Positions 49,913-61,700 of a DNA stretch of 64,000 nt are shown here, one piece after another; the first letter of the stretch is position 1, and each line of letters begins with the position of its first letter. The stretch covers positions 124,001 through 188,000 of the forward strand of contig VRMN01000018.1 in NCBI GenBank assembly GCA_008690995.1, read 5' to 3'. A program made the translations under genes and the position numbers. This DNA comes from Porphyridium purpureum. Its lineage: Eukaryota. Under the pieces are notes generated by a model that made no database searches, was not told the DNA's origin, and worked only from the letters and a program-made list of their open reading frames with translations.

Positions 49913-52201
49913 ATGGTGATTGACTTGAACATTACGGTGAACACAGCGTCGCTTATTTGGACGCTTGTTCTGGACTACCTGTGTATCTTTCTGTACCAGC
50001 GCGCCTACAAGTCGAACCAGTCGTATGTTCATTACCTGAGTAGGAAAAATGCGGATGCGTCCGAGGTTTCGGTGCACGAGAACGAGGTGCTGGGCTTCAT
50101 CGGCGATGAGACGTACCTTCGAGTGCGCGGCAAGATCTACTGGCCCGATGCGCTGCTAGTGGGCTCCACCATCCTCATGTTTGGAATCTCAGTGGGCATG
50201 AGTTATGGGCTCGGTTCGGCGCAAAAGTTCCAACTGGTGGAGAGGGATGTCGGACTGGCCAAGGGAAATCCAGCGAGCGCAGCTGAGCTTGGCGTTGCGA
50301 TCGGCGATGTTGGGAATGACGGCACATTTTGGAACACAGGTGAAGTCATTAATTTCGCTCATTTGTGCTACTCCCGACCCGATGTGCAGTGGGACATCAA
50401 CGAGTACATCATTGCTGTGCTCGAAAAGGTAACTATGAGCCTCACAGACGACACTTTTGCGGAGCTGGATTATTCGAATCGCACACTCAGTGTGCTTGGG
50501 ATGCGGCAGAATTGTCACCGCTTGCCAGTTTGTGGAAACTGTCAGGACACAGCGTGCGCGATTCTGGACCTCGAGTTTATGACAAACCTGACGCGTGACT
50601 GCGGAATGGCATCGGTGCTCCCACTCAAGGATCCAATCAGCATTCAAATACCCGAGTGGGAAGAGCTTGCCACCACGGAGATGGTGTGGAGTGGCGATGC
50701 GGTCATGTATGATTTTGGTTCGACACCTCACAGCGTACCAGGGACACTCATGAATGATTTTGGCATTGAATTTTATGACGGAACCTTGTGGCACATTCTG
50801 ACCGACGACGAGGGCCAGCGCGCCACGATTTACGAGATTTCGAAGGGTGACGATATTGCGGTCGCGGCCATCTCCACGTCGCAACCGATATCGATTTTCG
50901 TTGACTCGATCCGCAACATCGGCCGCTTTACATTCTCGGCGGTGACAGGCTGCACTTCCACCTATGAAACCGTGCTCGATGCGTCGCAAGGTCTCGATGC
51001 CACAGTGTGTCTTGTGGACCTTGAAGACTGTCGACAAAATCCTGCTGCTAGATGTGGAGACCCAGACGCCCAAACGGTTTTTCTGTGCTGTTATGTGCAG
51101 GACGATCAGCCGTCCATGTATGCGCTCGTGACCCGATCTGGAGCGGATGAATTCGGGTCAAGGCGTTATACATTTTATGCGGTGTATAGCCCGTTGGATA
51201 TTGTCAATGACTTCGCGGCAGATGACGTGCAGTCTCTCTTTGACGCCCTGCTCCGGCTTGAGTTCACTGCGTGCCGCAGCAATGCTGCGGAGAGCGGGAA
51301 CTACATGGACTTGACAGACATGAAGATTTACATTCTGGAGAACTCGATTTCCATCACAGATATCACGTGCTTTGAGAGTCTCACCCCGCGCTCAGCGCCA
51401 AGCATTAACATTGGGGCGTTGGTCGGGAGCAAGATGTTCATTGGGGACGACTACTTTGCTTACAACTACAAGACCATACCGCGCTCGGCGCCCATTTACA
51501 ACCATGAATTGCTGCGCGAGTTGATCACGCGCACGTTGTACAAAGCGATAGGTGGCGCTGCAGGCTTTGAAGTGCCGGTTCAGATCAGCGACGGCTTTGA
51601 TCTGGTGCACGATTGGTACCGCACGCTCACACGTCAAGTGAACATTACAAATGCCGCCATCGCGCGCGCGGCAGTGTCAAAGAACCTGAGCGCAGTGGCC
51701 GGTGTGAGCGATGTCTACTTCCGCGCGGGCGATTATGAGGTTTACGAGACCCTGGGGGTCACTGCCACACTTCAAGTGTGGGCGCTTGTGCTTGTGATTG
51801 TGAAGGTAACCATGGTGTTGGCTTTTGCACTCTGTGCCTTTATGACGCGGAAACGGCGCGCCTACCCAGACATCACCAAGCCTGAAAGCATGCACCAATA
51901 CATGGTCAAACAAGACAGGGACATCAGGGATCGCGAACTGCAGACTTCGAGAAGGTTCGCTTCTGGCCGGAATAACTCGTACGGCCAGATCAAGTTCCCA
52001 AACGGGGATGAAGCGGTCGAGCTCGAGAATTCTGATACAGAGGGCGTCACCGCCGGCGCCATTCTCTCGCCAGGCTCGTCAGATGCGCCCCACTCGCCTA
52101 CACCCACATCGCCCAGGTGGCTCAAATTCAGAAGGCCCGAGTCTGACGATCACCAACTACAAGATTGTGGCCGCGTTGGCGGCGGCGGCAGCGGCGCGTA
52201 A
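49913..52201 (+). CDS. Hypothetical membrane protein: 2 N-terminal TM, large Cys/N-glycosylation-rich loop, 1 C-terminal TM
   Basis: ATG at 49913; hydrophobic segments ASLIWTLVLDYLCIFL, ALLVGSTILMFGISVGMSY and VWALVLVIVKVTMVLAFALCAFM followed by RKRR. Confidence 0.8.
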   Translation: MVIDLNITVNTASLIWTLVLDYLCIFLYQRAYKSNQSYVHYLSRKNADASEVSVHENEVLGFIGDETYLRVRGKIYWPDALLVGSTILMFGISVGMSYGLGSAQKFQLVERDVGLAKGNPASAAELGVAIGDVGNDGTFWNTGEVINFAHLCYSRPDVQWDINEYIIAVLEKVTMSLTDDTFAELDYSNRTLSVLGMRQNCHRLPVCGNCQDTACAILDLEFMTNLTRDCGMASVLPLKDPISIQIPEWEELATTEMVWSGDAVMYDFGSTPHSVPGTLMNDFGIEFYDGTLWHILTDDEGQRATIYEISKGDDIAVAAISTSQPISIFVDSIRNIGRFTFSAVTGCTSTYETVLDASQGLDATVCLVDLEDCRQNPAARCGDPDAQTVFLCCYVQDDQPSMYALVTRSGADEFGSRRYTFYAVYSPLDIVNDFAADDVQSLFDALLRLEFTACRSNAAESGNYMDLTDMKIYILENSISITDITCFESLTPRSAPSINIGALVGSKMFIGDDYFAYNYKTIPRSAPIYNHELLRELITRTLYKAIGGAAGFEVPVQISDGFDLVHDWYRTLTRQVNITNAAIARAAVSKNLSAVAGVSDVYFRAGDYEVYETLGVTATLQVWALVLVIVKVTMVLAFALCAFMTRKRRAYPDITKPESMHQYMVKQDRDIRDRELQTSRRFASGRNNSYGQIKFPNGDEAVELENSDTEGVTAGAILSPGSSDAPHSPTPTSPRWLKFRRPESDDHQLQDCGRVGGGGSGA

Positions 52202-52347
52202 GTATCTAAGATCTAAAGTAAGTTTGACAAGGCTTGTAGAGTTGTAGCGTCCTACCTAAACTCTTGCGCACTCCGCGCCGCCAGTCGCACGGAACGCGAT
52301 CGGGCGGCGGCGCGGAGGTTTGCGTTGCGTCTGATTTGCGGCCGAGC

Positions 52348-55300
52348 ATGCAAGCCACGCCGCTGGTGCGTGCTCGACTTGTGGCGTTGCAGAATCGGAT
52401 CCAAAAGCTTCCACATGGTGCGACGGCGCTTGCGACATCTCTGTCCCGGCGCGGTCCGCTGAGTGTGAACGCGATCCAAGAGCGAAGATCTTACTCAACG
52501 AATAAGAACATGCGGCCGGGAAAGACGGCGGCTTCTGGAGACGCTACGCCAGATGGACGTTTGCACTTTAAGTTGCCTGCATTTCTACCAGACCTACACG
52601 GTACCGGGATCTATGCAGAATTCAGCGCCGGTGCATTCGCGCATCGCGCGCAGCAGATCGTTCGACTGCGTCGATGCAAGTCTGCTAAGTTTGCGGCGGA
52701 AGCGGCACTGACGGAAATTCAAGTGCTCACGGATCCACTCGTGACTGTGGAAAGGAAAATAGCCGCACTGCAGGAGCTGCTTTTTCTGCAGGACTGTGTA
52801 TCCATTCAGAATGAAACCTACAGGGCTGTGCGGCTGGCGCATAAGGTGATTGCGTTTCCGCTCGAGATGGACGACCGAGGGCGTGCAAACATGTACTCCA
52901 CGCTAGTCGGCGCTTTGCACGTCAAAGCAAGACAAAGGGACTGGTACGCGGTGATTCGTGACGCGGCGCGTGTGCTGGCAATCGCGGACGGCCTGGCATT
53001 CCCGTGGGACTCGGTCTTTCTATGTGACCTGTGCCGTGTCGTCTCTGCAGTGGTGTCTGGCCCAAAGGCGCCACCGTCTCCCTATCAGGACGCATCAAGT
53101 AGCTTAGATACTGACGATGGGGACGAGAATCTTTTGGGTCTCATGGTCCTGTTAGACCAGATCCTGCAGAATGGACTTTCGCCTTTCCACGCAATCTCCG
53201 TTCCGCAGCACAGCTGGAGCTACAGAAACGATCCAGAAGATGGAATTATACAAGGACGCAAACCATTGGTTGTTTCAGCCGCGCACGAAAAGCAGATATC
53301 GCTCTGCATATCTAGCTTGCTTGATTGGTTCGACGTACATCGCGCACCGACACTCCTGCAGCAGTCGTCGTCATCCGGCGACGCCTTGCTGGTCGCACAT
53401 CATCTGCGCCAAAAATACAGTGGGGTGGCGTACAGAGGCCGTAGCGTCGCAAAGCAGACGCACGATAGGCACCACACAGACACCGACTTGCGTGTCTTGT
53501 CACGGGAGGACATTTTAGGCTTGCTACACCCTGACCATGTCAAGGGCTGGTTCGGAAAGTTTCATGCAATTCGCCTGTTTGGATCGTTAATGGATCAACC
53601 GGCGGTGCCAGCGAATACCGTCAGAATGTTGTTGGAGTGGTACAAGTCTATTTTGGATTGGTCGCTCGAAATTTCGCCCCAATGGCGTAAGGCGTGGCTG
53701 GGTTGGGCCGCACACTGTGGGCTTCTTTCCTCGCACGACATACCAACGCTTATTCAACTTCTTGCTCGAAGAGGAATTGTGGCAGAAAATAATGGCATTC
53801 CGCGCAGCAGCAAGGAGCGGAAGCGAAAGCGCGTTGGCCAGGACTTGCCACCGGAATACAGGTGGGTGAACGTTTTTGCTGCCTCTGAGGCAAGCGTGAC
53901 GCCGCGCATGTCGTTGCAGACCAAAGTGAAGTATTTGGAAGTGCTTCCAGCGCTTGCCGGTAGACGCAGACGCGCCCCGCCGCTGCCATTTGCGTTGTCT
54001 TCCTTTTGGGCCGATGTCAGCGTCCAGGCCATGCGCGTCTCCCTCTCTGGCTGGCGTCGTTTGTTGCAGGCATATTCTCGACACGCTCGCGTATCGCGCC
54101 TGCCTCCGTCAGTGATCAGAGGGTTGGAGACCCGTGTGCGTGTAGAGACAGATCGGCTGGATTCAAGAAGCGCTTTATCACAAGAACATGCGGGGCGAAA
54201 CAATGGCGTGACCAGTGATATTGACAATCAAGACGCGCCTGCCGATGCTCCTGTCGGCCCAAGTGCTTCAGCCGCCAATGCGTCGATCGCAGCTGATGAG
54301 GCACTCAATGTACATATGAAGATCTGCAACCTGGCGTTTGTGTACAGCTGGCTGGTGACCAGAAACGAAACAAGAGTCCACATGAACTTGAGCAAGCAAA
54401 CTATCGAACGATTTCGGCGCTCGATAGCGTACGTGATACAGGCTGCCTTGACCATGGCGGCCGCCGAGTCCACGGGTGGTGCTGCTGCGTGGTCCGAACT
54501 TCATGCCAGGCGTCGTTTTTCGATGCTAGGCTTGGCGAATGAGGCACTGCATGATTTTGCGAACAGGAAGCGAACCCTGGTGGAGAATTTGAGCTTCGCG
54601 GTGTACCATGGACTCCATGCGATGACCCAGATGAATGTGAGATTTGCCTTTCCAGAGTTGGCTTCTGGTTATAGCGCGTTGTGGCTCATTTTCCCGCTCT
54701 GCAACGAATTTGGCGCGCTTCGAATGCTGCGCTTTTTTAAATGGGTTCGCTTTGTGCCTCCAGCGACGTTGCAATCGCAACTGTGCGCGCTTTTGCGTGA
54801 GAGGGTGCACTCTTTCACTCCTGGAGAGAAGGAATCGGCGTACTCGAGCATCAGTAGCCAAGACGCCCACGTACGCATGATCGCCAGTATCATGTATCAT
54901 GCTGGCTTTTTAAGGGTTAAACTTGACCGTTCTACGATTGACGCTGTGACAGAGAGGATGACAGAGCACACGCAACTACTAAGCGCCGGTCGCAGGCAGC
55001 ATCAACACGGACGCCGCCAAGTGGAGGCTTTCGTCACCCCACTCGTATGGTTTCATTTTGCGCTTGCTATGCTGAATTCATCGATTGCGGACGGCTTCCG
55101 ACCGCTGCTTGTCGAGTATCTGAGTCAGAGCGCACCTTTGCTGAATGCATGGGATCTTGAAATGTTGCATTTATCGCGCAAAGTCGCAGAACCTGGCTTT
55201 CCGGAGCGCGTGCTCACCAAGCTCGAATCGGCCGTCCTGGCGCAATGCGCGTCAGACTGCAGCAGTATACACGCACATCAAGTCCCAACTCTCTTGGCGT

Positions 55301-55707
55301 GGGACAGCGATGTAACGAGCGAGGTTTGGCAGGCAGCGCAAGAGCTCTTCAGGGATCACGAATCGGCGCTTCTCACGCGCGACAAGTATTTCGCTGCCGG
55401 TAGCTGTCGCGTCCCGATACATATATATCTGGAGCTCGAGGATGGGAGTGCCGCAGAACTTTTCATTTTTGTGGACAGGATGCGGAAGCATCTGCGCGTC
55501 CTAGAAGATCACAACAAGTGCGTTCTGGGACAGCCGGAACTTGACGGCTTCTCAGTATTACAGCGCTCTCAACTGGAGCGCGAAAATGGGAACATGCGCG
55601 CGCGCGTTGTTTCCATTCTCAACTATCACTGGATGCAGCAAATTAAGCATCACGATCCTGTGCACGTATTTCAAGGCTTGATTGCGCCGTTTCTCTCTGC
55701 CGAGTAA
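52348..55707 (+). CDS. Large helical organellar-type protein with possible degenerate C-terminal RAP domain
   Basis: ATG at 52348, Arg-rich leader; >1100-aa uninterrupted ORF; IFVD...H...LDGFSVLQRSQL...VVSILNYHW. Confidence 0.7.
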   Translation: MQATPLVRARLVALQNRIQKLPHGATALATSLSRRGPLSVNAIQERRSYSTNKNMRPGKTAASGDATPDGRLHFKLPAFLPDLHGTGIYAEFSAGAFAHRAQQIVRLRRCKSAKFAAEAALTEIQVLTDPLVTVERKIAALQELLFLQDCVSIQNETYRAVRLAHKVIAFPLEMDDRGRANMYSTLVGALHVKARQRDWYAVIRDAARVLAIADGLAFPWDSVFLCDLCRVVSAVVSGPKAPPSPYQDASSSLDTDDGDENLLGLMVLLDQILQNGLSPFHAISVPQHSWSYRNDPEDGIIQGRKPLVVSAAHEKQISLCISSLLDWFDVHRAPTLLQQSSSSGDALLVAHHLRQKYSGVAYRGRSVAKQTHDRHHTDTDLRVLSREDILGLLHPDHVKGWFGKFHAIRLFGSLMDQPAVPANTVRMLLEWYKSILDWSLEISPQWRKAWLGWAAHCGLLSSHDIPTLIQLLARRGIVAENNGIPRSSKERKRKRVGQDLPPEYRWVNVFAASEASVTPRMSLQTKVKYLEVLPALAGRRRRAPPLPFALSSFWADVSVQAMRVSLSGWRRLLQAYSRHARVSRLPPSVIRGLETRVRVETDRLDSRSALSQEHAGRNNGVTSDIDNQDAPADAPVGPSASAANASIAADEALNVHMKICNLAFVYSWLVTRNETRVHMNLSKQTIERFRRSIAYVIQAALTMAAAESTGGAAAWSELHARRRFSMLGLANEALHDFANRKRTLVENLSFAVYHGLHAMTQMNVRFAFPELASGYSALWLIFPLCNEFGALRMLRFFKWVRFVPPATLQSQLCALLRERVHSFTPGEKESAYSSISSQDAHVRMIASIMYHAGFLRVKLDRSTIDAVTERMTEHTQLLSAGRRQHQHGRRQVEAFVTPLVWFHFALAMLNSSIADGFRPLLVEYLSQSAPLLNAWDLEMLHLSRKVAEPGFPERVLTKLESAVLAQCASDCSSIHAHQVPTLLAWDSDVTSEVWQAAQELFRDHESALLTRDKYFAAGSCRVPIHIYLELEDGSAAELFIFVDRMRKHLRVLEDHNKCVLGQPELDGFSVLQRSQLERENGNMRARVVSILNYHWMQQIKHHDPVHVFQGLIAPFLSAE

Positions 55708-55773
55708 ATAACAGCACCGACAAGTTCATCCACTATTCATGTTGAAGAGCAGAGATATCAAGCCACAAGGCCT

Positions 55774-58700
55774 CTACTGATCTTTCTCTGGACCAAAGAT
55801 GACGAGTCCATGAGGCTTGACCCTTCGCGATCCTTGGGGCCACCTTCGGCGGTGCTCGGGTCTAGGAGGCACCCCGACCAGTTTTCTGAGCAGCCGCAAA
55901 CAAAACTGGAATGGATTGGTACCGCGGAAACCCATGCCCACATTCATGAACGAGCGTTCTCGACTGGCACGAAATTCGGTTCGCACATGCTCGACCGGTT
56001 TCAGCGTCACGCAATACTCCAAATTAACCCGCTGCTGTGGCGTGGACACAGAGCTGACCGAGGCCGTGACTTTGCCAAAATCGAACTCGACGCCGGCACC
56101 AAGCCTCACGTCTGCTGCGCGAGCTGAAGTGCCGCGCGGTGTCAGGACGGCTGAACTATCTGCGACCAGGCGACGCGCCACAGGGAAAATACGGATTGTC
56201 ATGGCGTTGCTGAGTTGGACTGGGAGATTCACACTTACATTTGCGGCCGCGGCACGCGAGAAGAGGACTTTGAGACTTGCGATCAGGTCCAAAAGCATCA
56301 GCTGCTCATGCCTGGCTGAAAATGAAGAGCCTTCTGTCATTCGAGTCACATCCGATTTGGACTCATCAAGCTCCGAAGGCTGGTGCTGTGGCCGTGCAGC
56401 CAGCAGTGGCTGAGCCTGACTGGCTTCGATGTGATGATGGTGGTCGGAAGGGTTCTGGTCGCTCGCCATCAAGTGAGTCGCAAGCTCATCGACAAAACGC
56501 GAGAGAACTTCAGACACGCCCCCGATGCGGCGACCGCTCTTGTCATACACGTCGATACTTTTGAGCGCTTGTGTAGCGCGCACACTCTTCACTCTGGCAA
56601 CCATAAATTGATCCTCAAGCGCCATGCTCACCAGCGGATCCAGTACATCTTTGCCTGCGGTAAATGTCGCTGAGTGCTTCGAGCCGCGAACAAGCCGAAA
56701 ACTCGACGTGAGAGTATTGATTGTGCCTGCAGGGAACGTCACTTTGCCCTGCGGTTTCGGATCTACTGTACTTCCATTCATGCGCAGGGAGCCTCGCGCC
56801 TCAAATGAAAGCACATTGGGATACTCGATCTTGAAATTTTTCCGAAGCGACAGCTCCAAGTCCGCCATGTCAAACAAAGCGGACTGAGACGAAACATACT
56901 CAGCGGCGGACTGAATCCGCTCCCGAGTTGTGGGGACATGCTCCTCAGAATCAGCTGCGATCCTGGTGGGGTCCTTGTCGCCGCTCTGCTGCGACAAATC
57001 TCGTGGCGATCGGTCAAGTGACATACCTGGGTTTGAAAACACGGCAGTTCCATCTGTTTCGACACGCATGGTTGTTGCCGTTGATTTCAGCCCGCTTGTG
57101 GATGCATCGGCATCAATTCTATCGGACGTCAACATGGAATTGGACGGGTCATCGACGTCGCCCATTTCAGGCAGCGGTTTGGACAGATACAACACACCCT
57201 CTGACAAATGCACTCGGCCACCGACTGAGGGCCTGGACAAGCTGCGAGCCAATGTGAGGCGACCCTTAACGTTACCTGAGTACAACTTCGGCATCTGCAC
57301 AGCCAAATCGCCGCACTCTAGTGTCAGGCCGGCGCGACGGCGGGAACGTGTCGCCGGCCAGTTGGAAGAGAACTCCAAACCGCTGTCGAACAAGGGGATG
57401 AGACCATCCGCGGAGACGCGGCGGCCACCACATCTCGCCTCGAGGCCACGAATGTCAAGCACATTGTCTTGGTATACAAACACGTCACCTCGGACGTTCT
57501 CGAGCGGCTCCTGTACAACATTTGGCCAAGCGATGCCTTCCTCCATACTAACAAAGCCGAATACGCGCGGATTATGCAACGGACCCTGGACACGTGCAAA
57601 AACGTCCGATTCGCCGAGAAGCCAGTTGCTCGACGGCAGTACCGCGTTCAAAAGAATTGTACCGCATCGCTGGGCATCCACATGCAACTGCACGCTCTGC
57701 GGCTCCTGCTCTCCTTCCGCCTTTGCGGCGTTTGAGGTGGAAGCTTGCGCAGCGTCCTCTTCTTTGTCCATCTTCATCAGCACACTCTCGACGAGCCTGC
57801 GGGGCTGCAAACCCAGCAGTTCTGTGAGGCTGTATTGCTTGTTGGTTGCAAAACGAATGCATATAGGCTCTCCGGCCAACGGACCATATTCGGTCTCGCG
57901 CTCCAGCTCGGTTCGGAATGCCGCGGTGGGTGCAATCTGTGCAAATAATCGCTGCCGAGCTAGCATTTCCTTGCGTGTCCGCGGAGATCGGCGGCCGATT
58001 TGAGCAAAAAAGTCAACGAAGACACCCTTTCCATTCATGATGAAGGAGTTTTCAAAACCGCGCACGCGCTTACCATCTATCCATCCGTTCTCCCAATACA
58101 ATCTCGCGTCCAGTAGCGGTTTCAAGGCCGTCCCGTGAACCTCAGTGTGCAGGCTGAGGGCACCACGCACCTCAAGGGAGGTCTCAGGGACAAAATGCTC
58201 GAGCCACTCGGCTGGTATTTGGGTTACACGACTCGAAAAGTTGAGAGCCATGCTTCCGTCTGCTGCATTTGTGTCGATTTGACCGGATGCAAAAGCGGAC
58301 AGTCCTTTGGGCCCGTTTAGATTGCTAGGATTCAAAGACAGCACGCCATTTTGCCACTGCATCCCCAGCTTCCCGGAACCTAGCTGAACGTTTTCCCACA
58401 CAGCCACATCAAAGCCGTTCATCTCCACAGAGCAATTAAATTGGGCGGCATCGAGACGACGCTTCAGATTCATAAAGGACGGCATACTGAGACCGTTCCC
58501 GGATCGTTGCAATTCTGTGAGCAACGAGAACAGACGCAGCCGTCGAAAATCTTGGCAATCGGCTTGCACAATCCCGCTAAACTCACCTCGTAAGTCGTCA
58601 TACCACTGCGGTCCAAGTCCATTCAAGGAAGCTTTGCTATTCCGAGCTTCGGTCCCTTGAATCTGTGAACTTGTCCTTGTCGCAGGCAAATTCGCAGGCG

Positions 58701-61700
58701 ATGTCCCGTTTGTCATCTCGTCGACCTTTGACATATCACTGCCGCCGCCGACTCCCGGCGCCGAGCGAATGTCATCTTCTTCTCCGGCCATAGCACGCTC
58801 TCCGTTCCCTTCTGATGCTCCTTTGTCTGATACATGCCCGGCGTCACGCGTTTTGTCGTACCTGTTCACTTTCGTTCTGAGAATCTTACTTTGTCGTTTA
58901 TCTCTGCTCATCAGGATGTCGGCCCAGTCTCTCAAATCACCCCGTGGAACCACCACCTTGAAGTCGCTAGCGCCCGAGTTTAGATGATATGAGCCTTCAA
59001 CGTGGTACTCTGAGCGTTTCTGCTCCAGCTTCGAGTTCTGCAATAGAAGACGGTCGCCCGCCCAAAGGAAATCGCCGGAGATTTCTTCCATCACTTGCAC
59101 ATGCTCAACGCAGGGCTTAAGTAATCGCAATGAGGCTTCACCAGAGCGCTTCCTCCCATCCAGCTCGGCCGTTACCGTCACATCTCCCCGAAGGCCGCTT
59201 TGCTTGCCTAGCACAGATTCCACGGTCATGTTTCTTACATCCAGTTTAAAAGCCCGCTGCGGCGCATTAGCCGAACACCTGAAGTACCGAGCCGGCGTGG
59301 GGCCCGCACGCCCGAACGCAGCCATAGGCACCTGTGCCTCTTCATCTCCTGGCTGTTGTTGTTGCTCCTGCTGCGGCGGCTGCAACTGCAAAGTGCGCGC
59401 ATCTGCCGGGTCTCCAGGGACTTGAAATCCGATAAGCGCTGACTCGTTTTCCCGAAACGCCAAAGTTAGGGCATGCAAATTCGGATCTTCGAGAATGTCG
59501 GCCGATTGAAATGCTTCAGAATCCACAGAGTTCGGCTTTAGGGCTTTCATACGAGTCTGCCTTTGAGTTTCTTCCATGACATCCAGGCCAAAAAAGTCCT
59601 CTCGCAGACGCACAGCACCCCGCATTTCTCGCCGAAAGTCGAGGCCGTTCACTTCGAGCGCGTACACACACACATGGCCGTCTATGGCCTGGAGTTTCAC
59701 CGGCGGCGACCGATGCAGGCCCTCGCGCAGCAACTCCTCCGCGCTGACGAAAAGTGGGCGCTGGGTGACGGTTCCTACGAAGTCAAACCGTGATGCGCCT
59801 TCTATCACAGGTAGGCGGGAAAGAATATCGTCCCTTATTTGCAAGTTATCCCACAAAAAGCGGCGACCATCCACACGATCAATCCAAGTCTGCATGCGCA
59901 CGCGCCGCGCAGTAAGAGGGTCGCCTAGAGCTGCATATGCGACACCATGCGCAGCAGTGTCTTCATGAACTAATGGCGAAGTAGCCTTATCGGTGGCCAA
60001 TCTCGGAGATTTCCCCACCGTCCGCCAAGAGATCTTGCCAATGGGCGCTTTTGCAGGGCCCGCTACGACAATATCGGCGTCCATTTCACCGGCAAGCTGC
60101 TGAGCCCATTCACCATACTTCCCGCCATACTTGTTGAGCACGTAGGCGCTTGATATTCGTTCCACATTAAAATCAAAGCGCACCGAGTCATGCAAACGCT
60201 CTGGTGCGTATGGATCGATTTCTAAGGGATCTTTTGGCAACGGAGGTATACCTGGCCGTACAGGCGGAAGAGTCCGACGACTTCGGCCCGAACGCTTCCG
60301 TGCGACTTTCTTCTCCGGGCCGAAATAAATACCGCCTTGACCACGAATCTCCGATCGGTTTCTCGGATTGTGCTTGAGCACTGCGCGCATGTCTGTAAAA
60401 ATCACTTTACGAGCCTCAGCATCCCACGCAAAGTGGGCGTATGCATGCTTCAGCTCAATCTTGTCAAACACAACGCCGCAGTCATCAGGCGCGCCATCCT
60501 TCTCCTGAGTGCCCTGCGGCGGCACACTGACCAGAGCGCCGCTGATTTTCGGTTCTTCGAGCACGCCATACATTTTCATTCGCGTGGAAAACAGACCTCG
60601 AACGTACGGGAATTTCTCTGTCTGAAACACGTCAAGAATGCGTCCCGCGTGCGCTGCATCTGTATCTCCTTGCAAAGCGTAAAACCCAGATTCTGGCGTA
60701 AAGTCAATGGAGCCGCCCATCCGAAACGGAATGCGGCCTCGACCAAATGAGCCAGTCACGCTATCAAAATGCACCTGCCGCCTCTTGAACACAAACGCGC
60801 CGCACATTCGCTCGAGAACGGGCGCGGACTCGTGCTCTTCGGCAAAACGGAGCATCAGGCCTTCAAATGATGCGCGCCCGCTCACAAGAGGCGTCGCACT
60901 GTGACGCATAAACTGAAGCTCGAGATTCCCTGTAAGCGAGCCCTGCTCGACACGGAATGGCAAATTGAGGGCAGCAGCGATGATTCGTGCGGGAAGTCGC
61001 GTGCTTGAAAACACACCGGTCAAGACAGGTCTACTCGTATCTTTTTCTTGCACGGCAGTCAGCAGGTCCGGCAGGCAGACAGTCGTCCCAAATCGTAAGC
61101 GCGATTCCGAATCCTTGCCACTTCCCCCACCCGTGGATCCATGTGCTTCTATACGGAATACTTGATGCGCTGTCCGCGACAAAGAGACACGAAATTTGTC
61201 GATTATTTGCTCTTCCGAGCCATGGCCGAAGACGACAAGGTCAGCAGGATGCAGAACGAGCCTCGAGTCACTCCATTCGAAAATTTGAGGGTCAAAACGT
61301 AACTGTCTTACCCACGAGGAGAATGTTTTGCGCCTAGAAGAGTCCCCGACCAAGCTGGACAAAGATGAGCGTTTCCCTACACGCACGCTTGGATTGACTC
61401 CATGTACCCACGGAAACGAAGGACCGTGACTGCTTTGCTTCACGTGAAGCTCCCCGCCTCGACATAGTATTCGGTACGGAATAGACTCATGATACAGAAT
61501 ACCCCTTAGCACATTTGAGAAATGCAAGTTCACAGTTTCGATGTCTAGGTCCGGGCCAAACTGAGCCGCTTCGTCGCGGTCACCGGATGTTCGTCTTTCT
61601 CGGCGACCCAGAACACCTTTCTTCTTCCCGTAGGACACCGTACGCAAACCATCTATACTGACACCTGGAGAAGAGATCAGAAACCGACGAATGCGGCCCG

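Noticed and set aside
52198..52247. 50-nt GTAAGT...TAG intron that would fuse the membrane protein in frame to the 1147-aa ORF
   Set aside because: In-frame joining needs earlier AGs to be skipped and has a 1-in-3 chance anyway; the downstream ORF has its own ATG and organellar-type leader. RNA-seq could revive it
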